Positions 1 through 10,253 are shown, numbered from the stretch's first letter. The stretch is 64,000 nucleotides of DNA from Ilumatobacteraceae bacterium (GCA_022425725.1 JAKMEY010000037.1:32805-96804); one strand, 5' to 3'. Made by a program: numbers and translations. The notes: generated by a model from the sequence alone, not told the origin.

Positions 1-1041
1 TCCCGACGCCGTGAGGTCACGGATTGCCTGCACAATTTCTTCGGTAACCAGACGACAGTCACCCACAATCGGAACATCAGGGCGACGAACTTTGCCCTGC
101 TCAGCCGGGTCGATGTCAACGTGAATAATCTTCGCGTCAGGCGCAAACGCGTCGAGACGACCAGTGATTCGGTCATCGAAGCGGGCGCCAAGGGCGATAA
201 GTAGGTCAGCGCGCTGCATTGCCGTTGTAGCAGCGATCGTTCCGTGCATTCCCGGCATTCCGAGGCACAGTTCGTGGTCATCAGGGAACACGCCACGCGC
301 CATCAACGTCGTGACAACATTGATGCCCGTCATCTCTGCGAGTTCTCGCAAAATTTCGGCGGCTCGCGCTTTCAACATGCCACCGCCGACGTACAGCACA
401 GGACGTTCAGCCGCAAGAATCATTCGTGCGGCTTCTTTGATCATTCGCGGGTGACCCTTCATTGTCGGGCGATACCCCGGAAGCGAGCCAGCCACCTCAT
501 CATCGGTCGGCCAATGCCATGTCATCTCATTCTGAAGAACGTCTTTCGGGAGGTCGAGCAGCACTGGCCCCGGGCGGCCCGTCGTCGCAAGGTGGAACGC
601 CTGGCGAACGGCGAGCGGAATGTCATCGGGTGTCATGACAAGTTCGTTGTGCTTCGTACAAGAACGGGTAATGCCGACTGTGTCACATTCTTGGAATGCG
701 TCAGATCCAATCGCTGAGGTACCCACCTGGCCGGTGATACCAACCATCGGAATCGAGTCCATGTACGCATCCATCAGGGGTGTCACGAGGTTTGTTGCCG
801 CAGGACCTGATGTCACCATCGCAACTCCAGGTCGACCGGTGACGTGGGCATAACCCTCCGCCATATGACCAGCACCTTGCTCGTGCCGTACGAGCACGTG
901 GCGAATAGACGACTCGAGAAGAGGGTCGTATGCCGGCAGGATGCAGCCGCCGGGCAATCCGAAAATCGTGTCAACCTGCTCCATCTCGAGCGCTTTGATC
1001 AGAGCTTGGGCCCCGGTCATGCGAGTAGATGCTGTGCTCAT
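1..1041 (-). CDS. ilvB: Acetolactate synthase large subunit, N-terminal ~347 codons (gene continues past window start)
   Basis: Not in the ORF track because no stop lies inside the window. My reverse-strand translation from the ATG at 1041-1039 reads [67 protein letters not shown]..., a TPP-enzyme N-terminal domain typical of AHAS large subunits. AGGAG lies 5 nt upstream of the ATG. Confidence 0.9.
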   Translation of the reverse strand, partial: MSTASTRMTGAQALIKALEMEQVDTIFGLPGGCILPAYDPLLESSIRHVLVRHEQGAGHMAEGYAHVTGRPGVAMVTSGPAATNLVTPLMDAYMDSIPMVGITGQVGTSAIGSDAFQECDTVGITRSCTKHNELVMTPDDIPLAVRQAFHLATTGRPGPVLLDLPKDVLQNEMTWHWPTDDEVAGSLPGYRPTMKGHPRMIKEAARMILAAERPVLYVGGGMLKARAAEILRELAEMTGINVVTTLMARGVFPDDHELCLGMPGMHGTIAATTAMQRADLLIALGARFDDRITGRLDAFAPDAKIIHVDIDPAEQGKVRRPDVPIVGDCRLVTEEIVQAIRDLTASG

Positions 1042-1084
1042 TGGTTCTCCTGGTTGGTGGTCGTGGTCATGAAGTACTTGCGGT

Positions 1085-1119
1085 GAAAAACGGAACGACC
1101 CCCCGATGTCGGGAGGTCG
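1085..1119 (-). terminator. Intrinsic terminator (attenuator) between leader ORF and ilvB
   Basis: Minus-strand RNA is CGACCUCCCG-ACAU-CGGGGGGUCG, a 10-bp stem (9 Watson-Crick pairs plus 1 G-U) with a tetraloop. It is followed directly by UUCCGUUUUUC and sits about 45 nt upstream of the ilvB ATG. Confidence 0.6.
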
Positions 1120-1147
1120 GTGCGCACGCGGTGTGAGGTCCGGTGCG

Positions 1148-1198
1148 CTACCGGATGCCTACTACAAGATCAAGAAACACGCGCTGTGCTGTTTTCAT
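1148..1198 (-). promoter_or_regulatory. Candidate ilvB leader peptide ORF (16 codons, branched-chain-rich)
   Basis: ATG at 1198, TAG at 1150-1148. Translation is [16 protein letters not shown], with 6 of 9 consecutive codons being Val/Leu/Ile. It lies upstream of the terminator and ilvB. AAGG lies 3 nt upstream, which is short spacing. Confidence 0.45.
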
Positions 1199-1302
1199 CG
1201 CCTTACAGTGTGCCAGCACGCGCCGCAGAACGCAAATGCGGGGCGTAAAACCCTGCACAACTCTCATCGCACGTGCTCAGAAGTTCTTGATGACAATGCA
1301 CG

Positions 1303-1764
1303 TCACGCAGAGATGACACGGTGCACCGAGATGTCATGGGGTTCCTGAGGCACAGCAGAAACGACCTGTTCTGCGAAACACACTCCAATCGTCACCGTCT
1401 CGTCACCGACATCGGCGAGAAATCTGTCGTACCAGCCGCCACCCTGACCGAGCCGGTGCCCATCGGCAGTGAACGCAACTCCTGGAACAACGACAACGTC
1501 AATATTGCGTGGCTCGGGACCATCTTCGGGAACAGCGATCTCAATGCCATGTTCTCCGAGCCAATCACGAAATATTTCGAGACGAGGTTCACCGGGAACC
1601 CAGTCAAACACCATCACACTCGACGGCGTCGACGATTTCACTGCCGTAATGAGCGCTTCACAGATCACCGCAGACCGATGGTCAATCTCCGCGCTCTCCA
1701 GACCACGGCGCCATTTCCTGAGTTCAGCACGCATCTGCAACTTTTCATCGATGACGGTCGACAC
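1303..1764 (-). CDS. 5-formyltetrahydrofolate cyclo-ligase
   Basis: ORF 1303..1869 contains ...VVVPGVAFTADGHRLGQGGGWYDRFL..., the GxGGG(Y/W)YDR motif of the MTHFS family. Start trimmed to the GTG at 1764 (VSTVIDEKLQMRAELRKWRR), because the long form would overlap the divergent gene at 1825. ATG at 1734 is an alternative start. Confidence 0.8.
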   Translation of the reverse strand: MSTVIDEKLQMRAELRKWRRGLESAEIDHRSAVICEALITAVKSSTPSSVMVFDWVPGEPRLEIFRDWLGEHGIEIAVPEDGPEPRNIDVVVVPGVAFTADGHRLGQGGGWYDRFLADVGDETVTIGVCFAEQVVSAVPQEPHDISVHRVISA

Positions 1765-1824
1765 ACCAGAACCGTACCCGGTTCGCCTCCCCTGCGTCTC
1801 CTGTGACCGCATAGTGTCGAAGGG

Positions 1825-2307
1825 GTGAGCACGATTGACCCAAAAGAATTTCGTAATGTCCTCGGACACTTTCCCACCGGCGTCACCATCGTCACTGGGA
1901 TGGACGGCGAAGAGCCCGCCGGTCTGACGATTGGCTCGTTTACTTCAGTTTCACTCGACCCACCGATGGTTGGGTTCCTTCCCGGAAAAGGGTCATCGAC
2001 ATGGGAGGCAATTCAGAAGAGTGGCAGCTTTTGTGTCAACGTGCTTGGCGACCACCAAGCAGATGAATGCTGGACGTTTGCAAAACCTGCCGAAGGGTCT
2101 CGTTTTGATGGGCTTGCGTGGCACGCTGAGTCGACCGGATCACCTGTGATTGATGGCTCGCTTGCGTGGATCGACTGCTCGATTAATGAGGTCTACGAAA
2201 TGGGTGACCATCTCTTCGTGCTCGGCGATGTTGTCTCGCTCGCCGGCAACGACGGCGACCCGCTGCTGTTTTTCAAAGGCGGATTGGGAACTTTTGCAGC
2301 TTCCTGA
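1825..2307 (+). CDS. Flavin reductase domain protein (HpaC/NADH:FMN oxidoreductase-like)
   Basis: 160 aa. FRNVLGHFPTGVTIVT...GLTIGSFTSVSLDPPMVGF...GDHLFVLGDVV matches the Flavin_Reduct domain pattern. GTG start preceded by GAAGGGG. Confidence 0.8.
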   Translation: MSTIDPKEFRNVLGHFPTGVTIVTGMDGEEPAGLTIGSFTSVSLDPPMVGFLPGKGSSTWEAIQKSGSFCVNVLGDHQADECWTFAKPAEGSRFDGLAWHAESTGSPVIDGSLAWIDCSINEVYEMGDHLFVLGDVVSLAGNDGDPLLFFKGGLGTFAAS

Positions 2308-2686
2308 TTCTGCATCACGACGGCGATTCATCGCAGCTGATGCCACTGTCGTTGCGATCTTTGTTCTCATTGGCAGAAACGAGCACAACAGCAGCTCACA
2401 GATCGTCGGCTACCTCGCAACTGTTGCTCCATTTCTCATGGCGATTGCGGTGGCGTGGAGCATTCCGGTCGTTCGCCGTTCGCCGATCACTCCAACGTCG
2501 GGATTGATCGTCTGGGTGTCAATCGTCATTCTTGGCATGACCTTTCGGAGGGTCATCTTTGATGGCGGAACTGCGACGCCATTCGTCGTTGTTGCAACGA
2601 TCTTTAATGGCGTGTTTCTGCTGGGGTGGCGACTTTTCGCCAGTTCACGGGCGCGTCGACCCGATCGCGGTATGCCACTCGGTTGA
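2294..2686 (+). CDS. DUF3054-like small integral membrane protein (start uncertain)
   Basis: The C-terminal two thirds of ORF 2150..2686 contain four hydrophobic segments (VVAIFVLIGR, VAPFLMAIAVAW, LIVWVSIVILGM, VVVATIFNGVFLLGW). The 5' part of the ORF overlaps the flavin reductase in another frame. The first plausible in-frame start is the TTG at 2294. Confidence 0.5.
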   Translation: MQLPDSASRRRFIAADATVVAIFVLIGRNEHNSSSQIVGYLATVAPFLMAIAVAWSIPVVRRSPITPTSGLIVWVSIVILGMTFRRVIFDGGTATPFVVVATIFNGVFLLGWRLFASSRARRPDRGMPLG

Positions 2687-2691
2687 GCGGC

Positions 2692-4401
2692 TCACACCGG
2701 GTTCGTGATCGCACCCTTTTCGGCACCTTGGGCAAGCCGGGCGTATTTGCCAAGGATGCCGGTGGTGTAACGCGGCTGAATGGGTGACCACCTCTCGCGA
2801 CGGCGAGCAAGTTCGTCGTCGTCAACAAGAAGATCAAGTCCAAGCGTCGGCACGTCGATCCGAATGCGGTCGCCATCTTGCACGAGGGCAATCGGTCCAC
2901 CGTCGACCGCCTCGGGCGCAACGTGACCAATGCAGAATCCCCAAGTGCCTCCTGAGAAGCGACCATCGGTAATCAATGCACAGTCAGCACCACGACCAAC
3001 GCCTTTCAGAGCACCGGTGATCGCCAGCATCTCGCGCATCCCTGGGCCACCCTTTGGCCCCTCATACCGGATCACGATGACAGTGCCCGGCTCAATTTCG
3101 CCACCCATGACTGCAGCCATCGCTCCATCTTCACCATCGAAGACACGCGCCGGGCCCTCGAACACACGCTGATCTTCGGTAAGACCAGCCACCTTTACCA
3201 CCGAGCCAGACGGTGCAAGTGAACCGGTCAACACGTTGAGGCCGCCTTCCGCGTTAATCGGCTGCGAAATCGGATACACGACCGTTCCGTCAGGTGCAGG
3301 TGGATCAATTTCAGCAAGGTTCTCGGCCATCGTCTTACCGGTCACCGTCATCTCGTCGCCATGAAGCAAGCCCTCTTCAAGAAGGTGCTTCAACACCACC
3401 GGAACACCACCAACCCGATCAAGATCGGTCATGTGGAACTTTCCACCGGGTTTCATGTCGGCGAAGTGTGGGACTCGGGCTGCAATGCGGTTGAAGTCAG
3501 CAAGTTCGATATCGACACGCGCTTCATTTGCGATCGCCAGCAGGTGGAGCACCGCATTTGTCGAACCTCCAAGGGCATTCGCCAACGTGATCGCATTCTC
3601 AAATGCCCCTCTGGTGAGAATGTCATGAGGACGCAAGCCCGTCTTCAACATGTTGATGACGGCCTCTCCGGCACGACGAGCATCATCTTCACGGCGACGA
3701 TCAACCGCTGGCGGCGACGCAGAGCCCGGCAGGCTCAGACCTAGTGCTTCTCCGATAGATGACATCGTGTTGGCGGTAAACATTCCGCCACACGCACCCT
3801 CTCCGGGGCAGGCATTCGACTCGATTGCGTGCAGTTCATCTTCTGAAATCGTTCCTGCCGCGCAGGCGCCAATCGCCTCAAACACGCTGGTGACATCTAG
3901 TGCTTTGCCGTTGTGATAGCCGGGCAACGTCGATCCGTTGTAGACGAAGATTCCAGGCAGATCGAGCCGCGCAATCGACATCATCATTCCTGGCATCGAC
4001 TTATCGCATCCCCCAAGAACAACGACGCCGTCAAGTCGTTCTGCGTGGATCACTGCTTCGACCGAGTCACAGATAATTTCTCGACTCACCAGCGAGGCCC
4101 GCATGCCCTCGTGTCCCATCGAAATGCCGTCGGAAACGGTGATCGTCCCGAATTCGAGTCCGATACCACCTGATCGTTGGACACCATCTTTGGCGGCTTG
4201 GGCAAGCCGGCGAAGGCTGAGGTTGCATGGGGTGATCTCATTCCACGACGATGCGATACCGACTTGAGGCTTGTCCCAATCGTCATCGGTGAGCCCCACA
4301 GCCCGAAGCATCGCTCGAGCTGCTGCCTTTTGAATACCGTCGGTGACGTCGCGTGAACGCGGCTTGATATCTACTGAAGTCTCAGATGGACGATCGCTCA
4401 T
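2692..4401 (-). CDS. ilvD: Dihydroxy-acid dehydratase
   Basis: 569 aa. [66 protein letters not shown] and [10 protein letters not shown] are IlvD/Edd family hallmarks. Confidence 0.97.
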   Translation of the reverse strand: MSDRPSETSVDIKPRSRDVTDGIQKAAARAMLRAVGLTDDDWDKPQVGIASSWNEITPCNLSLRRLAQAAKDGVQRSGGIGLEFGTITVSDGISMGHEGMRASLVSREIICDSVEAVIHAERLDGVVVLGGCDKSMPGMMMSIARLDLPGIFVYNGSTLPGYHNGKALDVTSVFEAIGACAAGTISEDELHAIESNACPGEGACGGMFTANTMSSIGEALGLSLPGSASPPAVDRRREDDARRAGEAVINMLKTGLRPHDILTRGAFENAITLANALGGSTNAVLHLLAIANEARVDIELADFNRIAARVPHFADMKPGGKFHMTDLDRVGGVPVVLKHLLEEGLLHGDEMTVTGKTMAENLAEIDPPAPDGTVVYPISQPINAEGGLNVLTGSLAPSGSVVKVAGLTEDQRVFEGPARVFDGEDGAMAAVMGGEIEPGTVIVIRYEGPKGGPGMREMLAITGALKGVGRGADCALITDGRFSGGTWGFCIGHVAPEAVDGGPIALVQDGDRIRIDVPTLGLDLLVDDDELARRRERWSPIQPRYTTGILGKYARLAQGAEKGAITNPV

Positions 4402-4448
4402 GCCACCACGCTAATGCTGGCGATGGCTACCACCATCGTCCGGGGCGT

Positions 4449-5888
4449 TCAGCCTCTGCGTGAATTGAGTATTGCTGTCACTGCCTTACCGTCAGCTTGG
4501 CCTCGCGATGCCTTCATGACATGGCCGACCAGGGCACCCATTGCTTTGCCGTCACCGGCGCAGAACTTTGCCCATGCATCAGGATCAGCCGCAATTGCGT
4601 CGTCGACAAATCCGTCGAGTTCAGACGTATCCATGGCCTCAAACCCACGAGCTGCCGCCATCGCCTTGGGGTCACCACCACCTTGTTCGACAAGATCGCC
4701 AAGCAATGTTTTCGTCTGCGTTGAAGTGAGTTCTCCGCCTACTTCCATTGCGACTAATGCTGCGAGATCAACGGCTGGCACAGACGGTTCACTGCCTTGC
4801 TCGGAGAACGCTTCTTTCACGTGGACAAGCACGCGTTCGGCACCACCACCGATTTCCACCACCGCTACGACATAGTCGTCTTGGCGGCGCTCGACCACCG
4901 TTGCGATCGCTTCACTATCGGCTGACTGACCGGTCACTTCTGCCAGACGAATGCGTCGGGCAGCCGGCAACATCGGGAGTTGCGAGCGAACGGTGTTGAT
5001 CCATTCGTCGCCTGGGTCGAGTGGCACGAGGTCGGGGTCTGGAAAATAGCGGTAATCGTCGGCATCTTCTTTGGTGCGAAGAGTGTGCGTGCGTCCATCG
5101 CCTTCATCCCAATGGCGGGTCTCCTGCTGAATCACTCCACCATCGGAGATCAACGCAACTTGCCGACGTGCCTCATAATCGATTGCCCGCCCAAGCGATC
5201 GAACCGAGTTCACATTCTTGATTTCACAGCGGGTGCCGAACTCCTCGCCTGGATGGCGAACACTCACGTTTGCGTCGACTCGCATCGAGCCTTCCTCCAT
5301 GCGTGCATCGGAGGCACCAATTTCAAGAAGAATTGCTCGGAGTTCGTTGACGTACTGTCGCGCCTGCTCAGGGGTTCTGATATCAGGCCGGCTCACGATC
5401 TCGACGAGCGGCACGCCGGCACGATTGAAATCGATGAGCGAGCCCTCGCTTCCATGAATTCGCCCCGAACCGCCAATGTGGGTGCTCTTGCCGGTGTCTT
5501 CTTCGACGTGTGCTCGCTCGACGCCGATGACGATGCCGTCAGCAATTTCAAGGTGACCGTCAATGTTGAGCGGACGGTCGTACTGAGAAATCTGGTACGC
5601 CTTCGGCATATCGGGATAGAAGTAATTCTTTCGCGCAAAGGTGCACGACTGAACGGTGCAATTGAGTGCGAGGCCGATTCTCATCGCCAACTCGACAGCC
5701 TGACGGTTGAGCACCGGCAAGGCGCCAGGCAGACCGAGCGACACCGGGTCAATATTGGTGTTCGGATCGTCTCCAAAACGATTAGGAGAGCCTGAGAACA
5801 ATTTTGTTTCGGTAGCGAGCTCGACATGCACCTCGAGGCCAACCACCATCTCGAACCCTTCGTGGGTCCATGTCGCTGAATCAGACAT
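4449..5888 (-). CDS. gatB: Asp/Glu-tRNA amidotransferase subunit B
   Basis: The homologue-type N-terminus MSDSATWTHEGFEMVVGLEVHVEL starts at the ATG at 5888 (residue 38 of ORF 4449..5999). This overlaps the gatA stop by 8 nt (ATGTCTGA). The C-terminal GatB/YqeY domain is present. Confidence 0.95.
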   Translation of the reverse strand: MSDSATWTHEGFEMVVGLEVHVELATETKLFSGSPNRFGDDPNTNIDPVSLGLPGALPVLNRQAVELAMRIGLALNCTVQSCTFARKNYFYPDMPKAYQISQYDRPLNIDGHLEIADGIVIGVERAHVEEDTGKSTHIGGSGRIHGSEGSLIDFNRAGVPLVEIVSRPDIRTPEQARQYVNELRAILLEIGASDARMEEGSMRVDANVSVRHPGEEFGTRCEIKNVNSVRSLGRAIDYEARRQVALISDGGVIQQETRHWDEGDGRTHTLRTKEDADDYRYFPDPDLVPLDPGDEWINTVRSQLPMLPAARRIRLAEVTGQSADSEAIATVVERRQDDYVVAVVEIGGGAERVLVHVKEAFSEQGSEPSVPAVDLAALVAMEVGGELTSTQTKTLLGDLVEQGGGDPKAMAAARGFEAMDTSELDGFVDDAIAADPDAWAKFCAGDGKAMGALVGHVMKASRGQADGKAVTAILNSRRG

Positions 5889-7320
5889 GGTTACCCCCCG
5901 CCGACCGTTCGAGTTCTGCGGCGACGGCAAACATTGTCGGTTCGCCCATTGCCGGAGCAAGCACCTGAACACCGATCGGAAGGTCGTTCTCGCCTGCACC
6001 GAATGGCACGCTCATCGCCGGGTGACCGATGAGGTTCGATGGGATCGTGTAGGTATCGCAGAGGTACATCGCAAGAGGGTCAGAGGTCTTCGAACCGAAC
6101 GGGAACGCCACGCTCGGCGAAGCTGGCGTCACCAGCGCATCGACCGACTCGTATGCCGTTGCGAAGTCTTGAGCCATCAGTCGACGAACCTTCAGCGCTT
6201 TGCCGTAATAGGCGTCGTAATAGCCAGCCGACAGTGCGTAGGTGCCGAGCATGATTCGGCGTTTCACCTCTGGCCCGAACCCCTCACCACGGGTCGCCAT
6301 GTACATCGAGTTGGTGTCAGCAGCCTCAACCCGAGAACCGAATCGAACGCCGTCGTAACGAGCCAAATTAGATGATGCTTCGGCTGGAGCGATGAGATAG
6401 TAGGCCGTCAGGCCGTAAGTGAAGGCCGGAATCGTGACGTCGATGATTTCTGCTCCTGCATCTGCGAGCACTTCAAACGCACGATCGACCGATGCGACGA
6501 CATCAGCATCGGCGCCACTTGGCAGATCAACAATGCGACCGATACGAAGACCAGCGACGCCACGGTCGAGTGACTCAGACAGCGACGGGAACGGTTGTGG
6601 GATCGACGTCGAATCACCGGGGTCGTGCCCGGCCATGCATTCGAGGAGCAGCGCTGCGTCTGCGACATCATGGGTAAACGGCCCAATCTGGTCAAGGCTC
6701 GACGCAAATGCGATCAACCCGAGTCGACTCACCGCCCCGTAGGTGGGCTTGACGCCAACAACCCCGCAAAGGGCCGCAGGTTGACGGATCGAGCCACCGG
6801 TGTCTGAACCGAGCGACATCGCGGAGAAACCAGCAGCAACCGCAGCTGCCGATCCGCCCGATGAGCCTCCCGGGACACGACTCGTATCGAGCGGGTTTCG
6901 TGTCGGGCCGAACGCCGAGTTTTCGGTGCTTGAGCCCATCGCAAATTCATCGAGGTTGGTTTTGCCCACAAACACTGCACCGGCGTCTGCGAGTCGTGAC
7001 ACCACGGTTGCGTCATACGGAGGGCGCCACCCATCAAGAATGTTCGACGAGCATGTCGTCGGAATTCCGCGGGTGCAGAGGTTGTCTTTCAGCGCAATCG
7101 GCACCCCAGCAAGTGGCCCTACCTGCTCCCCTGCCGCAATTCGTTCATCGATGCGTTCCGCTGATTGCAACGCCTCATCGCGAAGCACCAGATTGAACGC
7201 ATGAACCTCTTCTTCGCGTTCTTCAATGCGCGCAAGGTGCTGTGACACGACATCAACCGCAGATGATTCTCCGGTTGACACCGAGGCCGCAATCGAACGC
7301 GCGCTCTGGAACGTGCTCAC
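5881..7320 (-). CDS. gatA: Glu-tRNA(Gln) amidotransferase subunit A
   Basis: 479 aa with the amidase signature GGSSGGSAAAVAAG and KDN..T/GKTNLDEFAMGSSTENS. The GTG start overlaps the gatC stop (GTGA). Confidence 0.95.
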   Translation of the reverse strand: MSTFQSARSIAASVSTGESSAVDVVSQHLARIEEREEEVHAFNLVLRDEALQSAERIDERIAAGEQVGPLAGVPIALKDNLCTRGIPTTCSSNILDGWRPPYDATVVSRLADAGAVFVGKTNLDEFAMGSSTENSAFGPTRNPLDTSRVPGGSSGGSAAAVAAGFSAMSLGSDTGGSIRQPAALCGVVGVKPTYGAVSRLGLIAFASSLDQIGPFTHDVADAALLLECMAGHDPGDSTSIPQPFPSLSESLDRGVAGLRIGRIVDLPSGADADVVASVDRAFEVLADAGAEIIDVTIPAFTYGLTAYYLIAPAEASSNLARYDGVRFGSRVEAADTNSMYMATRGEGFGPEVKRRIMLGTYALSAGYYDAYYGKALKVRRLMAQDFATAYESVDALVTPASPSVAFPFGSKTSDPLAMYLCDTYTIPSNLIGHPAMSVPFGAGENDLPIGVQVLAPAMGEPTMFAVAAELERSAGGNHV

Positions 7321-7619
7321 AGGTCGAGCCCCAAGATTGGCGGCACACCGAATCGGCCGCCGGAGGCATCTGGAGCGGCAGCGAGTACTTCATCGTGGTC
7401 AAGAGTCTCAAGCGGAACGTCATCGCGCAACACATTGACCAATTCGTACGGCTGGGTCATCGGCTCTACATCATCGAGGTCAAGCGCATCGATATCGGCA
7501 AAATGCGCCATCATTCCCGCAAGACGGGTCGTTGCCTCATCGAGTTCTGCGTCGCTCAATTCGAGCCGCGCCAACTTTGCGACCCGCTCAACAGCACCAC
7601 GATCTATCTGTTCTGACAC
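7317..7619 (-). CDS. gatC: Asp/Glu-tRNA amidotransferase subunit C
   Basis: VSEQIDRGAVERVAKLARLELSDAELDE... is a typical GatC N-terminus. Start trimmed to the GTG at 7619, about 100 aa. Sits immediately upstream of gatA. Confidence 0.85.
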   Translation of the reverse strand: MSEQIDRGAVERVAKLARLELSDAELDEATTRLAGMMAHFADIDALDLDDVEPMTQPYELVNVLRDDVPLETLDHDEVLAAAPDASGGRFGVPPILGLDL

Positions 7620-7629
7620 CCTCTTGAGG

Positions 7630-8466
7630 TTACCGGTCACCGTTGATGGCGGCCTGCTGCACATCGACTTCTTCGGCGGAGTCGCCAGATGACGATGTCA
7701 CTGCGAGATAGATCAGCCCACCCACAATCGCCGCGATTGCAACCCACTGATTCCATCGAAGACCGCCGATAACCGAGGCGTCATCGATGCGGAGACCCTC
7801 AATCCACAGCCTGCCAAGTCCGTATCCGCTTACGTACAGCGCAAAGAGTCGTGAACCCGCAAACCGTGTTGACCCACTCAACCGAACCAACCACAGACTG
7901 AGGCCCAGGGTCCACATGCTCTCGTACAGAAATGTCGGGTGGAAGGTCGTACCTGATTCGTATGCCGCTGGCAGATGATCATCATCGATACGCAGTGCCC
8001 ACGGCAGAGTCGTGGGGCGGCCAAACAATTCTTGGTTGAACCAGTTGCCCCATCGCCCAACAGCTTGAGCGAGCGGAATTGCCGGCGCCGCAGCATGCAA
8101 GGTCTCCGCTGTCGAAATTCCAAACGATCGTGCCCGCAAGACGCCAACGATCGTTCCGAGGAGAACCCCTCCGGGAACTCCAAGACCTCCATGCCAGACC
8201 TTTGGGATCTCGCTGAGATTTCCAGAGAAACGGTCCCATTCAGTAACAACGTGATACAAGCGGGCGCCGATGAGGCCCGCTCCAACACCCCACATACCGA
8301 TCGACGCCGCTGCTTCTGATCCACCCGTCTTGAATCGCTCAAGTCCAATACCAAGTCGCCGTACTGCGAGAACCACGCCGACAGCAATGAGGAACCCGTA
8401 CACCCGCAACTCGACGGGCCCTATCGACAGACTTGACCATGAAGGTGAGGGAATCGATGCGAACAT
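7630..8466 (-). CDS. lgt: Prolipoprotein diacylglyceryl transferase
   Basis: 278 aa polytopic membrane protein. YGFLIAVG, GARLYHV, HGGLG.PGG and GRWGNWFNQELFG are Lgt signature blocks. Confidence 0.9.
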   Translation of the reverse strand: MFASIPSPSWSSLSIGPVELRVYGFLIAVGVVLAVRRLGIGLERFKTGGSEAAASIGMWGVGAGLIGARLYHVVTEWDRFSGNLSEIPKVWHGGLGVPGGVLLGTIVGVLRARSFGISTAETLHAAAPAIPLAQAVGRWGNWFNQELFGRPTTLPWALRIDDDHLPAAYESGTTFHPTFLYESMWTLGLSLWLVRLSGSTRFAGSRLFALYVSGYGLGRLWIEGLRIDDASVIGGLRWNQWVAIAAIVGGLIYLAVTSSSGDSAEEVDVQQAAINGDR

Positions 8467-8482
8467 ACCGGTAGCTCAACGA

Positions 8483-9256
8483 TCAGTGTGCGAGTTCTGA
8501 AATGAACGCCAGGAACTTCTCAACGATCAACGCTTTGTCGTAGTCCTGTGTTGCAACGTGATACGACTTCTTCAACCACACATGGTCAACACTCCCGCCG
8601 TATGTCGCCGCAAGATGTGAACTGTCAGCAGGGTCAACAACATGGTCTTGTTCTGAGGTGAAGAGAAGTAACGGCGCCTCGAGATCTCCCCACTGTTCCC
8701 ATCGGGGCTGAACACCCTCAAAGAACATTGATCGAAGAGGCACGAGTGGGGTGCCTTCATATGCGGTTTCAAACGATTCTGGGTCAGCGATGTCTGAGCC
8801 AACTCCGGGAAGAATCTCCATGCCGTCCGCGATGAGTTCTTCAACCATCTCAACCTCTTCAGGTGATCTCATTCGTGCGACCGGGTTTACGCATATGAGA
8901 CCAGCGACCGAGCGTGCACCTCCTACAGAGAGCGTGAGAAGACCGCCCATTGAGAGTCCGGCGACAACCACTCGCTCACATCGCTCGGCAAGGGCGTCAA
9001 ACGCCTGGAGAGCGGCGCCAAACCAGTCATTCCAACCTGTTGTCATCATGTCGTCAACCGTTGTGCCGTGCCCCGGCAAACGGGGCATTTCAACGTCGTA
9101 GCCCTCTGCAATTGCCGCTTCCGCAAGAATTCGCACCGAAGACGGATTGCCAGTGAAGCCGTGCAATACGAGCACACCGGTCGTCGAACCAGCAACATGA
9201 GACAGTGGTTCTGCACCCGGAATAATCGATGGAGTCGACGAAGTTTGGTCAGCCAT
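8483..9256 (-). CDS. Alpha/beta hydrolase (carboxylesterase/monoacylglycerol lipase-like)
   Basis: GVLVLHGFTGNPSSV, GHG and the nucleophile elbow GLSMGG. Start trimmed to the ATG at 9256 (MADQTSS...), because the upstream 75 codons of ORF 8483..9481 have no hydrolase similarity. Confidence 0.75.
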   Translation of the reverse strand: MADQTSSTPSIIPGAEPLSHVAGSTTGVLVLHGFTGNPSSVRILAEAAIAEGYDVEMPRLPGHGTTVDDMMTTGWNDWFGAALQAFDALAERCERVVVAGLSMGGLLTLSVGGARSVAGLICVNPVARMRSPEEVEMVEELIADGMEILPGVGSDIADPESFETAYEGTPLVPLRSMFFEGVQPRWEQWGDLEAPLLLFTSEQDHVVDPADSSHLAATYGGSVDHVWLKKSYHVATQDYDKALIVEKFLAFISELAH

Positions 9257-9320
9257 CTCTCCATTCTGCCTGAGAGATGGCGTAGACAAACCGCACTGTC
9301 TACTCCGTAACCTTTCATGT

Positions 9321-10241
9321 GTGGAGTCAACACCGCCTCGCTCCCCTCGCCGCGCCGCCAACTTTTCTTCACTGGCGGCGCTCACCCCGCTAATGGTGCT
9401 GTTGCCGTTTTCACTGATTTCACTGCGACTCATCTGGATTCCCCTCAACGCAGTGCTCAACTTGTTCGGTATTTCGGTCACGTTTTGGTTGCTACCGATC
9501 GTCTGGATGGCGGGTGCCGGTGTGCTCTTTATTCGATTCGCTCAAACACTTCTCCTCACTCCTGCTCTCGGTGCTCGGGCCTTGACCATTGAGGAAAGTT
9601 CGGTCGCTCAACCCGTCTGGCAAGAGGTTGCAGCGGCCGCAGGAGTTAATCCCGACAAATTTGTGCTTCGGGTCATCGATGCCGACGAACTCAATGCATT
9701 TGCCTGTGGAGGACATCTTGTGGTGACAACCTCATTCTCTCTGCAATACCTTGAGCCTCGTGAACTCGCCGGTGTATTCGCTCACGAACTCTCGCACCAC
9801 CTCGGCTTGCACACGGTCTCGCTTACCTTGATCCACTGGTTTTCGCTGCCGATCATTGCTCTTGCCCGCGTGGGGTTTGCCGTGAAGAACGTAGCGAGAG
9901 CCGCAACTGACACCTTTGTCGCCCATTCCTCTGCGCTGACGGCTCTCGGCAGGGTCGTCTCGGCAGTCCTCACGGCGGTGTCATGGATCTTCCTGATCGT
10001 GCTCTACGCCAGCGATGCCGTCGGCAATCTTGTTGGACATCGATCAGAGTTCGATGCCGATCAACGAAGCGTTCGACTCGGCTACGGCCGCGAACTCGCA
10101 AGTGCGCTCAACACCGTCATCGCTCACGGAGGAGGCCAGCGCAGCATCGGGTGGCGTCAACGACTCAATGCCTCCCACCCACCGGCCCGCACCCGAGTCG
10201 CGCGGATTGAGGCCACCCTCCGTCATCCGTCGGGCATCTGA
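9321..10241 (+). CDS. M48-family (HtpX-like) membrane zinc metalloprotease
   Basis: 306 aa with N-terminal transmembrane segments and the HEXXH motif in FAHELSHHLGLH. GTG start. Confidence 0.8.
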   Translation: MESTPPRSPRRAANFSSLAALTPLMVLLPFSLISLRLIWIPLNAVLNLFGISVTFWLLPIVWMAGAGVLFIRFAQTLLLTPALGARALTIEESSVAQPVWQEVAAAAGVNPDKFVLRVIDADELNAFACGGHLVVTTSFSLQYLEPRELAGVFAHELSHHLGLHTVSLTLIHWFSLPIIALARVGFAVKNVARAATDTFVAHSSALTALGRVVSAVLTAVSWIFLIVLYASDAVGNLVGHRSEFDADQRSVRLGYGRELASALNTVIAHGGGQRSIGWRQRLNASHPPARTRVARIEATLRHPSGI

Positions 10242-10253
10242 TCGCGTCTGCTG

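Noticed and set aside
4980-5795. Long antisense ORFs opposite well-supported genes: 4980..5795 versus gatB, 17990..18814 versus cdsA/frr, 20769..21530 versus rpsB, 28078..28959 versus the ThrC-like gene, and 30181..30978 versus the CBS-like/LLM genes.
   Set aside because: I see no recognisable domains and the composition is skewed (R, S, H, C-rich). Each lies antisense to a gene with strong motif support. Open antisense frames are expected at this GC content.
5889-5999. N-terminal extensions of track ORFs: gatB +37 aa, ispG +22, thiolase +76, esterase +75, frr +31, gatC +15, DSD1-like +28, yceI-like +26, pepA +12.
   Set aside because: The extensions overlap the upstream gene or lack similarity. 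Internal ATG or GTG codons reproduce the canonical family N-termini and give tidy 4-16-nt junctions.
7766-7773. GCCGATAA (an exact sigma-28 -10 consensus) inside lgt on the plus strand.
   Set aside because: It lies within a coding region antisense to lgt, with no -35 TAAA at the right spacing and no downstream plus-strand gene.
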